The position numbers and the translations under genes were made by a program. Below, in pieces: positions 51,401-63,102 of a stretch of DNA of 64,000 bases. The notes beneath the pieces are model-generated. The model searched no databases, had not been told where the DNA came from, and saw only the letters and a program-made list of their open reading frames with translations. Within the stretch, counting starts at the first letter, position 1. Each line of letters opens with the position of its first letter. Source of the DNA: Azolla caroliniana (lineage: Eukaryota; Plantae; Polypodiophyta); assembly GCA_043228905.1 (NCBI GenBank), contig JBHGNT010000012.1, positions 9,920,001 to 9,984,000 on the forward strand, written 5' to 3'.

Positions 51401-53210
51401 AAAGAGAAGCCCTAGGAATGATATACAGTGTCACCAAATACCAACATTATTTGTTGGACCGCAAGTTTTCATTCCATGTAGACCATTCAACACTTTTATA
51501 CATGGTCTCAAAGGCATCACTCACCGGCAAGCTGGCCTAGTGGACATTATTATTACAAGAATTTGAATTTGAGATCTATCACCGACCGGGTATGAAACAT
51601 GTGGTTGCCAATTACTTGAGCCAGTTAGAATCTGGAGAGACCGGTGACGTTGTTCAAGATGAATTTCCAGATGCCGCATTGTTTAAAATTATAGCAGAAA
51701 CAACGGTAGATGGGACAATCACGAACGAGGAAAATTGGCTAACGAATATGCACCAGTTCTTAAGCACTGGACTAACCCTAGAGGAGATGAACCAGGATGA
51801 ACGTAAACGGTTGGCTGTACAAAGCTGACACTTTTGTCTAGTGCACGATACCCTGTATCATAAAGGAGCAGACGGCATATGGCGGCGAGCGGTCCAAAGT
51901 GATGAAAATGACACCATTTTACGGGAAGCGCATTGTGGGGTCGTCGGAGGACATTATGTCGGTGCAGCTACGGCAAGGAAAATATGGCGGAGTGGGTTAT
52001 GGTGGCCAACGACACTAAAGGACTCGGTCCGATATACGAAGGAATGTGATCTATGTCAAAGAATGGGCCAGCCAACGGAACAAGCGCGCATGCCGCAACA
52101 ACGGGTACTACCTCTAGAGACATTCCAGAAATGGGGGCTGGACTTCGTTGGGTCATTCAAGTCACCGGCAATGCGAACCGGCAACAGGTACCAAATGGGT
52201 TGAAGCCAAGGCACCATGTGACAATACTGCGGAGTCAACGACAAAGTTCCTGTACAAGTACATCTGGTGCTGGTATGGATGTCCAATCGAATTAATCAGC
52301 GACCAAGGTGGACACTTCCTCGGCCACGTGGTGGAAAGCCTAACAACATTTTATGCGGTCGTGCACAAGTGAAGCACCCCTTATTACCCACAGGCCAATG
52401 GATTGGCTGAATCTACCAATAAAACTCTGCAAAACATTCTCCGGAAGGCTGTCAATGAGAACCGAACCGATTGGGATACAATGCTGCACAACGCTGTCGT
52501 GAAGAAAACCGCCCACAAGGGGAATCGGAGGAACAAGGCGTGGGAAAACGGCTCTACACGCACACGCGCGCCAAGAAGTGCCTAAGGACGAAGTAGGTAC
52601 ATACGAGGATCCTAGGAGGGTAGATTCGGTTGGTATGCAGTTAATGCCAAACGGCCTCTTGACGGGATATAAAAAAGGAAGAGGAAGAATAGAAGGGGGG
52701 ATCTCGCGCGGAGAGGAGGAAGTGCTGCCGAACCGATTTCGAAGCTCCTCTCTCACTCCTGCTTTCTCTGTCTTCTGCTCCATCGCGTACCTGTGCAGGT
52801 TTCGAGGAGGCTTGCGTTGTTCCGTGGAACGCCCCGAGTGCGTCCTGCAGCACCTCCGACCTGTTTTCCCCTTTCTGTGCGTCGCGTCATACAGGGGTCG
52901 GCATCTGATCGCCGCCCTGTACGTTTTCGTTAGTATCTATTCCGTGCCCCATCGTGGGTTGTAATACTCTAGCCTGTTATTTTCTTGCATTCATAAGTAC
53001 ATATCTTTCGTTGTTGCGTCCATCTGCGTCGGCGTTTATTTGTGATCTCTGTTTGTTGGGCCGTGTCCCTGTGCAATCTTCGGTTTTGTGTAATCGGGTC
53101 TCTCTCTCCTTCTCCTCTCTCTCTCTTGCTCTTCGGTCCAAGACCCCCGTGGTCCCTCCTCCTTTCTGCACGCAAGGGCGTAGCAACCCCGACATCTTGG
53201 TGAACCCGAC

Positions 53211-55364
53211 GTGAAGGAGGCGGCAGAAGAGCAGGAAATGAGGGGGTCGGATCTCGCAGAGGCCATGGCTTCGGCCGTGGATCGGATTGTAAACGCGCGC
53301 GAGAGCACCGGTGCCCTCGACAGAGCTATTGAGGCGGTCGTCGGCACGATCGGCCGGTTCGATGGGAAGGATGCCACGAAGTATTTGGCGTCCTACGGTG
53401 CAGAGATGCTGATGCGGGACATTCCGGAAGAAAGGCGTCTTGCCGGATTTCCCCGAGTAGCGATGTCGAGCATCCATGCGGAGGTGCTCGAGGTGCGGAC
53501 GGAGAGCCGTACCTGGGAGGAGTTCGAAGGTCGGCTTCTAGAGAAATACGGGCTGGACGACGCGCTCCGGCTTTCGAAGCGAAGGTTCATGGAATGGGTG
53601 GAGTCCCCGGGGAAGGGAAGAAACGCGTCGGCGCTCCTCCGGGAGTTCGAGGAAAACTTTGCGCGCCTTTCGGCGCTTGACCGAACCATCCTGGACACGA
53701 GCCGGGTCTTGCTGTTTGTCAAGTCGGTCGACGAGCGGGATCGGGAGCAAGTGGGCTTCTTGCTGGAAACCGAAGACGGGCTCACTACCGACTGGGCGGC
53801 TGTCAGGAAGGTCTGTGGCCGTTTCGACAAACGGCGAGAATGGGCGGATAACGGGGCGACCGGGTCGGGCTCGGTCGCAGCAAGGAAGCTCGAACCAGCG
53901 CCACAGGTGCGCAAAGAAGAGACCCGGGAGTGGTTGGAAACCGGTTCGGCTTCGACCGGCGTAGTCAGAGGCTCAACCGGAGGAGCGGCGCTGGAGGAAT
54001 TGACGAAGGCGATAAAGGACCTCCAAATCGCGCAGGCCCGAAGGGAAGGAGGCGAACCGGCTCGTGACCGACGGCCGGCGGCAGGAAACAGGTGCATGTG
54101 GTGCGATGAAGTCGGCCACATTCGGAAGGACTGCGGCGACTTCGCGGAGGCGCTGAGGAACAGGGTGGTGTACCTGTGGGAAGGACGGGTGTATGCCAGC
54201 GACACCCGAAGGGCCCTGAGCCGAAACGACGGAAAAGGCGGTATGAAAAGGGTGATGGAAGAGGCGGCGGACCGACACGCGGAAACCGTCAACTACTCGG
54301 CGTCGGCCGGCATTCGAGTCGGGGGCGGCGAGGCCCGGAGGGAAAGCAAAGCCGGATTCTGGCCGACGGTGCTGGAAGGCCTTGCCGATACGAGGATGAA
54401 GAGGGAGGAATCGGACCGTGCGGAGAAACGGGTACGGGAGATGACCGGGTGGAGCGACCCGGTCGAGGAAAGGACGGGCTTCGTGGAAGCTGCTTGCCAG
54501 AACTACGAGGCTCTGGTAGAAGAGAAGCGGGTGGGGAGACCCGGGACGACCGGGCCCTCACAACGATACGAGACCCGGTCCGGGCCACGACGGGACGAAG
54601 CTGGCGGGGCCGGTACGCAAGATAAACCCCAGAAGGGCGGGTACCGTCTGGGGACGGAGATAGAAAGGACCACGGACTTACGAAAGGTCCTGGAGGAACG
54701 GATCCTCGACAGCAAGGTGGAGCTGTCGTTACGAGAGGTGCTGGGGATCGCCAAGAAGGAGTTCCACGACTCCATCGTGGACTTGGTGAAACGGAAGAGG
54801 CTGTCGACGGAGACAGAACCGGAAAGACCGGTGGAAGTGCGGACGACGCACCTAGACGACATGGCGCTGGGAGACGAGTGGGCGGAAAGCCACTATTCGA
54901 GACCACACTGGGCCCGAGCGACCACGGAAACCCCGGTGAAGATCGGCGATGTCCGGGAACCGGTGATAGCTTTGGTGGACCACGGATCGGAGATCAATTT
55001 GATGTCCATGGACTTCTATAAGAAGGGCAAATGGCCGATCAACACCAAGCACGGGTGGAAAATAAGGGCAGCAACGCGCGCCACCGAGGAACTGCACGGG
55101 GCCTGTCCGAATGTGCGGGTCAAGATTGGCGACGTCGAGATTGACCAACACTTCTTCGTGCAGGAGACGTCTTCGCACCCGGTCATTCTGGGAGAACCTT
55201 ACATTACGGCGGCGCGGATGGAGACCAAAGTGCTGGACAATGGTTCGGCCTACGCGAGGGTCAAAAGCCAAGACGGGCGCCATTCGGTCCAGTTTCTGAC
55301 GGTAAGGCCGAACCACGAACGTAACCGCGATTCCCTCGGTTCCGAAAACCGAGAGGATTTTTAG
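53211..55364 (+). CDS. Element Y gag-protease
   Basis: 717-aa ORF (first ATG at 53238) with CMWCDEVGHIRKDC knuckle and ALVDHGSEINLM aspartic protease. Confidence 0.9.
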   Translation: MKEAAEEQEMRGSDLAEAMASAVDRIVNARESTGALDRAIEAVVGTIGRFDGKDATKYLASYGAEMLMRDIPEERRLAGFPRVAMSSIHAEVLEVRTESRTWEEFEGRLLEKYGLDDALRLSKRRFMEWVESPGKGRNASALLREFEENFARLSALDRTILDTSRVLLFVKSVDERDREQVGFLLETEDGLTTDWAAVRKVCGRFDKRREWADNGATGSGSVAARKLEPAPQVRKEETREWLETGSASTGVVRGSTGGAALEELTKAIKDLQIAQARREGGEPARDRRPAAGNRCMWCDEVGHIRKDCGDFAEALRNRVVYLWEGRVYASDTRRALSRNDGKGGMKRVMEEAADRHAETVNYSASAGIRVGGGEARRESKAGFWPTVLEGLADTRMKREESDRAEKRVREMTGWSDPVEERTGFVEAACQNYEALVEEKRVGRPGTTGPSQRYETRSGPRRDEAGGAGTQDKPQKGGYRLGTEIERTTDLRKVLEERILDSKVELSLREVLGIAKKEFHDSIVDLVKRKRLSTETEPERPVEVRTTHLDDMALGDEWAESHYSRPHWARATTETPVKIGDVREPVIALVDHGSEINLMSMDFYKKGKWPINTKHGWKIRAATRATEELHGACPNVRVKIGDVEIDQHFFVQETSSHPVILGEPYITAARMETKVLDNGSAYARVKSQDGRHSVQFLTVRPNHERNRDSLGSENREDF

Positions 55365-58300
55365 AGAGGACTGCCAAGGCGTGGGGCCGCGACAGTCCGG
55401 ACACCCCGGGAAAACCCCACACCTGTACGATAAAATCGAAGAAACCTTGTACCATAGGTAGGGAATTTTTGTTCTCCGACAGCGGAGCGTGTACGATAGT
55501 CGGCATCGGCGGCCGAGAGAAGAGAAAGGCGGAGGGGAGACTTCGAGCGTGCGGAGTTCTCGGCCCTAACGAGGAAATCAACGGAGCCGTGGAGGCGGTC
55601 TCATTCGACGACACCTTGGGGATGCTGGGAAAGGTAGTCGAAGAAGGCCTTAACGAAAACCGGACGATACCGGTGTGTTCCGAGGAGATATACGAAGTCA
55701 TCGCGGACTTCGGTCGAGGGCTCGAGTCAGTACAGACGGCCCACGTAAGCACCAAGTACAAGACTGTGGACCGGAAGGTAAGGCCAGTCGCGGCACCCTT
55801 ACCGGAGGACAGCGCGTCGAGAATCAAAGGGGTTGCATCGGACCCTAGTCTACGAGATCCGGCCTGCATAGGACACACCTTCACCGACGAGACGCTCCGA
55901 GAGCTCAAAATCGGTGGGGGCGGGTTCCTACTGCCGGCGGAGGAAGACCGGTTTCGGAGAATGCTCGGAAGGCACGGGAAAGCCTTCGCATTCTCGCCGG
56001 AGGAAATCGGGTGCGTTGACCCGACGATCGTGGAGCCGATGGTGATATTCACGGTACCGCATGTACCATGGAATCTCAAGCCAATCCCGGTTCCGAGAGC
56101 TCACATCCCGAAGTTGATGGAGCTGCTGAGGCAGAAAGTCGATATGGGAATTCTCGAGCCGTCGAGCGCCCCATATTCGAATCGATGGTTTACCGTACCG
56201 AAGAAAAACGGTTCGTTGCGCTTCATCCAGGACCTGCAGCCGGTCAATCGAGTGACGATTCGGAACGCAGGGATCGGACCGACCATAGACGAGTTCGCGG
56301 AGGCCTTCGCCGGAAGGTCAATTTACTCGGTCGGGGATCTATACTCAGGGTACGACCAGTTCTAGCTAGCCGTGGAGAGCAGAGACATTACGACGATGCG
56401 AACTCCCCTCGGCCTAGTTCGGATGTGTACACTGCCGCAAGGAGGGACCAACTCGGTGGCCCACATGGTGAATGCAATGAACAAAGTGCTGAGGGACTGC
56501 ATCCCGGACATCACCATGCCGTTTCTAGACGACATCCCGATCAAGGGATGCCCGGTAGAAGAGAAGGACGAGACGGTCGGGCCGGATGGATGCCGGCGAT
56601 TCGTGGCGACGCACATCGACGACTGCGAGAAGGTGCTGCAAAGGCTAGAGGATGCGAGACTCACCTTCTCCGGGGAGAAGTCGGCCTTCGGGCAGTCAGA
56701 AATCATGGTGGTCGGACACCTGTGCGGACCATATGGCCGGAAACCGTCTCCGGCAAAGGTAGAAGCCATCTCCGCGATGAAGCCCGACTGCAGCTCGGTC
56801 ACGGAAGTACGGAGATTCCTGGGGGCATGCGCGTTCTACCACATATGGATCCCGCATTACGCACACGTCGCGGAGCCACTGTACGGGTTGCTGAAAAAGG
56901 GGCGAAGGTTCGAATGGCTGGACGAGCACGCGGAATCGGTCCGGAAGCTGAAAGAGGCCCTTGCAGCGGCACCGGCACTCCGGAAGGCGGTATACGGGAA
57001 GGGTACCCCGGTATTCATAACGGTGGATACCAATCCGACCGGGATCGGATGGGTCGTGAACCAGGAAGACGAGGACGGCAATCGGTTTCCGATCCGATTC
57101 GGCGCGAAAGTCCTCAGTGAACGGCAGCGAGGATACGCCCAGGTTAAACGCGAACTCTGGGGTATTGTTTCGGCGGTTAAAGCCGACAAAGACTACCTGA
57201 TAGGGACAGAAGTGATCATCGAGACGGATTGCCTGCCGATTCTCGGTATGGTTTCCGGATGCACGACTCCGGACCTGGCGATGCTCAGGTGGATAGCGTA
57301 CATCAAGTCCCTGGACCCGGAAATACGACACATTTCCGGGAAAGACAACGCCATGGCCGACATGCTTTCGAGAGCGAGGTTCGACGACGAGGGCGGCATG
57401 GTTTCGGAAGACGAAGAAGTCGGCGTGGATTTCTTCGAGGCGGCATACATGACGACCGACGGGATGAGCACTCCGGCGCTTAACGAGTTCGACGCGAGCA
57501 AGTACGACGGGGAGTGGCTGCAGATCGGCGGGTTTTTGAAGACAATGACGCCTGATGCGTCATGGACGAAGGACGAGGCCAACCGGATCCGGAAGAAAGC
57601 ATATCGATTCCTTCTCCGAGATGGGCATTTGTGGAAGCACCCGAAGAAGAGGAACGGCGTCCCGCTCCGGGTGGTGGCGATGAAGGAAGAACAGGAGGAG
57701 CTACTGGCGGCCTACCACGGCAGCCCTTGGGCTGGACACCGTGGAACGTGGGCGACATTTGAGAAGCTGAAGGGGAAGTACTGGTGGCCGGGATTGTACC
57801 GGGACGTGCATCGGTTCGTGTCAACTTGCGAGAGTTGTCAGATGCACTCGATAGTCCGACACCGGGACGGGCTTCGCCCTACGTACCCTCCGACTATCCA
57901 CTTCAAATGGATGGTAGATCTAGTGACGATGCCGATGGGGGTAGGACAGATGCGGTATCTGGTCCTAGCGCGGGAAGACCTGACGAACCAGGTGGAAGGC
58001 CGAGCCCTTCAGAATAAGACGACCGCGGCCGTGTGTCGGTTCCTGATCGAGGACGTGATATGCCGGTACGGGTGCGTCGGGAAGATCGTGGCTGACCGAG
58101 GGGAGTTGGACACCGAGGAAGCCGCGGAGCTGTTTGATCGGCTGGGAGTCAAACTCTCGCTCACCACTGCGTACAACCCGGAGGCGAATGGAAAGGTGGA
58201 GCGCGGACACGGGCCGATCGTTAAAGCGCTGGTTCGGGCATGCGGGGGCCAAATCGGTAACTGGCCGCGACTTCTACCTTATGCTTTGTGGGCCGACCGG

Positions 58301-58852
58301 ACTACGCACAGTTCGGTAACCGGGTACATGCCGACAGAGCTCATGTTCGGCCAGAAGCCGATCATGCCGATGGAACGAACAATCTCCTCATGGGCAACGG
58401 TCGACTGGAGGGACGAGATGAGCCGGGAGGACTTGTTGGCAGCGCGTATACGACAACTCGAACGGAGACCGGAGGACGTGGAGACGGCTGCAGAAAGGAT
58501 CCGAGTGGCGAGGATAAAGAACAAGGCCAGGTTCGACCGAACGCACCGACTCCGACCGAAGAAGATCGAACAAGGTGACTGGGTGCTCGTCTACGACAGC
58601 AGCCTCGACAACCAGCACCGAGCAACGCGGAAGTTCGCACGGAGATGGTTCGGGCCGTACACGGTACAGAGCGCCAACGACAACGGGACGTATCATCTGG
58701 CGGAACTCGACGGTACGAGAATAGCGATACCCGTGGCCGGGAAGAGGATCAAAGCTTTCAAGAAGCGGCACGACGACGAACCCGACACGATTCTCCTGGA
58801 CAGCAGCGACGACCGATCCGAGGCCGAGGAAGGGCCGGCAGGCGAAGAGTAA
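55355..58852 (+). pseudogene. Element Y pol (RT-RH-INT) in the -1 frame, with a single in-frame TAG at 56363-56365
   Basis: KKNGSLRFIQDL, DLYSGYDQF*, LPQGGTNSV, FLDDIPIKG, HHCC-type INT N-terminus, GPY motif; otherwise open. Confidence 0.9.
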
Positions 58853-61800
58853 AGGCGGGCCGGTTTTCTCCGTGCCAACTTAATTTGGCGCATGCCGGTG
58901 GATGCGCGGTTAGGTGGGGGCGGATGTCGTGAAGAAAACCGCCCACAAGGGGAATCGGAGGAACAAGGCGTGGGAAAACGGCTCTACACGCACACGCGCG
59001 CCAAGAAGTGCCTAAGGACGAAGTAGGTACATACGAGGATCCTAGGAGGGTAGATTCGGTTGGTATGCAGTTAATGCCAAACGGCCTCTTGACGGGATAT
59101 AAAAAAGGAAGAGGAAGAATAGAAGGGGGGATCTCGCGCGGAGAGGAGGAAGTGCTGCCGAACCGATTTCGAAGCTCCTCTCTCACTCCTGCTTTCTCTG
59201 TCTTCTGCTCCATCGCGTACCTGTGCAGGTTTCGAGGAGGCTTGCGCTGTTCCGTGGAACGCCCCGAGTGCGTCCTGCAGCACCTCCGACCTGTTTTCCC
59301 CTTTCTGTGCGTCGCGTCATACAGGGGTCGGCATCTGATCGCCGCCCTGTACGTTTTCGTTAGTATCTATTCCGTGCCCCATCGTGGGTTGTAATACTCT
59401 AGCCTGTTATTTTCTTGCATTCATAAGTACATATCTTTCGTTGTTGCGTCCATCTGCGTCGGCGTTTATTTGTGATCTCTGTTTGTTGGGCCGTGTCCCT
59501 GTGCAATCTTCGGTTCTGTGTAATCGGGTCTCTCTCTCCTTCTCCTCTCTCTCTCTTGCTCTTCGGTCCAAGACCCCCGTGGTCCCTCCTCCTTTCTGCA
59601 CGCAAGGGCGTAGCAACCCCGACAACGCGTTATGGGCTTATCGAACGGCATACAAAACAAGTATCCAGACAACACCATTCCGGTTAGCGTTTGGTCTCGA
59701 AGTGGTGATGCCAATTGAATTCCAGATTCCAAGCTTATGGATACAGGTCTGGGAGTGACTGAGCGAGAAGGAGTCGGAAAAAATCCGGTTAGCAGCACTA
59801 TGCGAGCTGGAGTAACACCGAATAGTGAGCCTAATGCAGATGGAACTCGAGCAACGATGAAAGAAAGCATTTGTTGACCGCCATCAGAAGGGTAACGAGA
59901 AGATGTTTGGAGTCGGCAAGCTGATACTAGTGTTCCAGACCCGAATGGGCAACATGCCAGGGAAGCTACGGTTCCGGTGGACCGGACCATATTGGATAAC
60001 GCGAGAGTTGAACAACTCATATCATCTGGGAACGCTAGCTGGCGAGGTGTTGGACAAGTGGGTAAATGGGTTCCGACTTAAACCATATTATAGACCCATG
60101 CAACAGAACCCGATTCATCAACCAGAGAACAATGCGGACATAGGCAGCGGCAAACCGTTGGCCAACAACCATGAAGATAAGGGAGCCAGGGTTACTGGGT
60201 AACCAGAACTAAAAAGAAGAAGAAGAAGAAGAAGAAGAAAAGGTCATCATGCAGAGCTAAGGAATGAATGGAAACCTCGAAAAGGTGTGGAGTGGCTATT
60301 TAAATCCTAGTTAAAGCGCACCACGTCTCACACAATTACTATTATAGTACACTACGTGGATGCGCGGGAACAAGAAACCTCCGCCTCGCAGAGTGTTTTT
60401 CATTTCGCGAACATTGAGCACTGAGCGCACAAACGACAATACAAGTGAACAGACGAACGCAAGAAGCACAAACAAGCACATCGGCTCTACCTACCTCCGT
60501 AGAACCAGAAGACGAGATGGAACCTATGGCTCTTTCAGAAACAACCAGGAAGTAGTTCAACCAACATGGGCTAGGAGGTTTCTTGAGAATAGCAGAGGCA
60601 CCGCCGCACGACAAAGCAGAAGAAGTTGTGTAGAAAATCGACACGGAAGTCATAACGGAGGAAGCCATCTGCGTGCTAAACGGACTACCGGAAGGGGGTA
60701 TATACTTGATCGAGAAACCGTCTCCTGAAACACTAACCAAGGTTTTGGCGAGTATTCCCTCGCTAGTAAGGCTCAATTTAGAGGGAGGACCCTCTATTCA
60801 GACAAGTGATTCGTGTCCTCCACGAGTATGGGTTGGTGTACCCCCGACCCCTGGGAATGTCAAACAACAAAGTTGGTTTCATCATTGCTACGTACACAGG
60901 GGTGCAAGTGGATTGGTCGGTAATCATCGCCGATTGTTTGTGAACGGTGATAGAATCAGTGCAGAACAACAAGAAATTATGGATGGTCGTGGCTCAATGG
61001 TTGACTCTTCTAGCGCCACCGGTGGAGCCGGTAAGGACTAAGATGTTAGTTCGAGTAACAGAGACCACGCCTAACAAACCTTCAAAACGGTAGCAACTTC
61101 TGGCCAAGCACACGCATGGATGGAAAGAGAGAAGTACTTTGCAGCAAGGGAAAGAACCGCCAAGCCGGAAGAGGCAAGCAGACACAGAGACACCGGTGGA
61201 GCCACCCGTAAAGCCTTTGAAAATCAAGTTGCGCCGACAGGAACAAGAGCTAGACCCCTTGGCAACAAAGATCAATATCAGAACCCAAGAGGAGGGGCAG
61301 AGGAAGACCCCGCCGAGAACCTCCTGCGTCGCAAGAAGCGTAGCGACGTGGAGCAGAAGGGGGATGAATCGGGTCCGGTGAAGGACAGCACACCGACACC
61401 CCGCGCTAAGGGAATGGAGCCAAGGAAGGAGGCAGAACCGTTCAACTAGAACCGATGGAAGAACTACTTGAGCGGGAAGAACCAACAAGGCCGTTTGTCC
61501 AAGACCCGTAATTGAATTGCCTACCTCACTGGGGCAATAGGCACAACAAGAGCAGGAATTGTTGCTGCAGTCAACAATGGAAAAAAGGCTTCTACTGAGA
61601 ACAGAGGCCACGCCACGACAAAAGGGCACTGATAGTCAATGGCTACTATGGATCGGCGAGTAGGTGGCCGGGGTGGTGTGCCAACTAGAAATGGAGGAGA
61701 TAGCACAGGGGAACCGGTTGTTCGCCACAACCGAAGAACTTGAGAAGGCCCGGTCGAGGATCATGAGCAATCTACGGAAAGGTCATCAAGCATATGACCG

Positions 61801-62519
61801 ATTGAAGTAAGAAAAAGACAAGTTGTTGCAAGAAAGGGACAAAATCTGGCGAACAGCGAAAGGCCAGATTGAGCGGCTCCAAGAAAAAGTCTGGCACCAG
61901 AAAGACCGTGAGGACCGGGCCCGACGCCAAATCAATCAGAGGTTGAAACAGAAAACAAAGGATTTTGACAGGTTGCACTGGGATCACAAGCACCTGGAGG
62001 CGGAACACAAGAAATTGATGGCGGAAGGTGACCGGCAGCAAGAAAAGATGCGGGAACTCCGGGATGAAGTCCACAGAACGACAGCGGCATTGGCGGATGA
62101 AAGGACCAAGGGAGTCGAAGCGGCAAAGATGCTGGCAGAAACAGCGAAGGACAAACTGGAGCTTACCCGGAAGCATCATGAGGAGATGGAACGAGCAAAC
62201 TTTTACACCCAATTGAAACCGATTGGTTTGCATAGTCGGGGAGGGTCAACCAGGTCCCATGTGTCCTTGGCATCAGGTGCCCGCATCTCTTCCTCCATTG
62301 CGACACGCCAATTCGTGGCTTTTTCCACCTCTGTGTAGCTCTCCGCCACACACACTTCGCCACATTTCTCTCCGGCTCTTCATCTCACTAGTTGATCCTA
62401 CCCAATCGCTCATTCAGCCCAGTTAGCCGGAATAAAATCAAACTCTCACCTTTCTTCGTTTTAGGCTCACTGGCCTCATCCTCTAGAATCGGTTCAAAGT
62501 CAGCAGAGAGTACTACCTC

Positions 62520-63102
62520 TACACTCTATCTAACATATTAGGGAAGTCTCCATAAAGACATCCATACATATGGAATTCTAATCACTAAGACTTCAATTCT
62601 TATGTGGCGTGAATATGTTCATGTACACAATTTATATGACATATGAGGCAAGTTTTGATAAAGCCATGGACAAATCACATGTGCACATTCTATATGAAAT
62701 ATGACCCAAGATTGCACTCGTGAAAATATTGTACAATGTGGAAAATGAGAACTAATGATATGCCAACTTCATACGTAATATGGGTTAAATCCCTCCGACA
62801 ATAATGTATAATGCCACAATGATGGTTTGTTGAGCTTAGGTCTCCATGACCATAACGTGGACTTCGAACCACTAAAGTATAAGCATCAAATGCTCTTCAA
62901 TTGAAAACAATGGGTTAAAGCCCTCCGACAATAATTTATAATGCCAAGCTAATTGTTTGTCAAGCTTAGGTCTCCATGACCATAATGTGGACTTCTAACC
63001 ACTAAAGTACAACCATCAAATGCTCTTCAATTGAAAACAATCTTCATTGGGACGAACATTTAATAGGAACCTTTGTTGGGGATGGTTGGTCGTAGTTGTT
63101 TG
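62520..63102 (-). repeat. Resumption of the tRNA-His-derived satellite
   Basis: Matches 3611-3860 and 3140-3330, including degenerate tRNA-His fragments (GGTCTCCATGACCATAA..ACCACTAAAG). Confidence 0.85.

Larger units (their letters stand above)
52495..59624 (+). mobile_element. Young full-length Ty3/gypsy element Y (700-bp LTRs 52495-53194 and 58925-59624, 4-bp TSD ACGC, tRNA-Trp PBS)
   Basis: LTRs differ at about 2 positions; PBS TGGTGAACCCGACGTGAA at 53198-53215 is complementary to the tRNA-Trp 3' end; PPT AGGTGGGGGCGGA; inserted in the H integrase. Confidence 0.96.
8993..62400 (+). mobile_element. Old non-chromovirus Ty3/gypsy element 'H', host of the nested insertions. Putative LTR 8993-9426, gag-PR remnant ~20700-22475, RT-RH-INT 50116-52494 and 59625-60202, extra 3' coding region ~60500-62300
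   Basis: The pieces are collinear on + once inserts are removed: protease-like IVHGG at 22470, RT WLSPIVVVPKKNG..FLDGFSGYN, RH VDASN..YYASRKL, INT CDLCQR..SDQGGHF..NALWAYRT split by element Y. No 3' LTR is visible, and linkage of the gag part to the pol part is inferred. Confidence 0.6.

Noticed and set aside
56363-56365. Programmed stop readthrough in Y RT
   Set aside because: The stop lies within a conserved RT segment and is most simply a CAG>TAG mutation.
53393-58932. Long antisense and alternative-frame ORFs over element Y
   Set aside because: Expected shadow ORFs of GC-rich coding DNA; no recognisable motifs.
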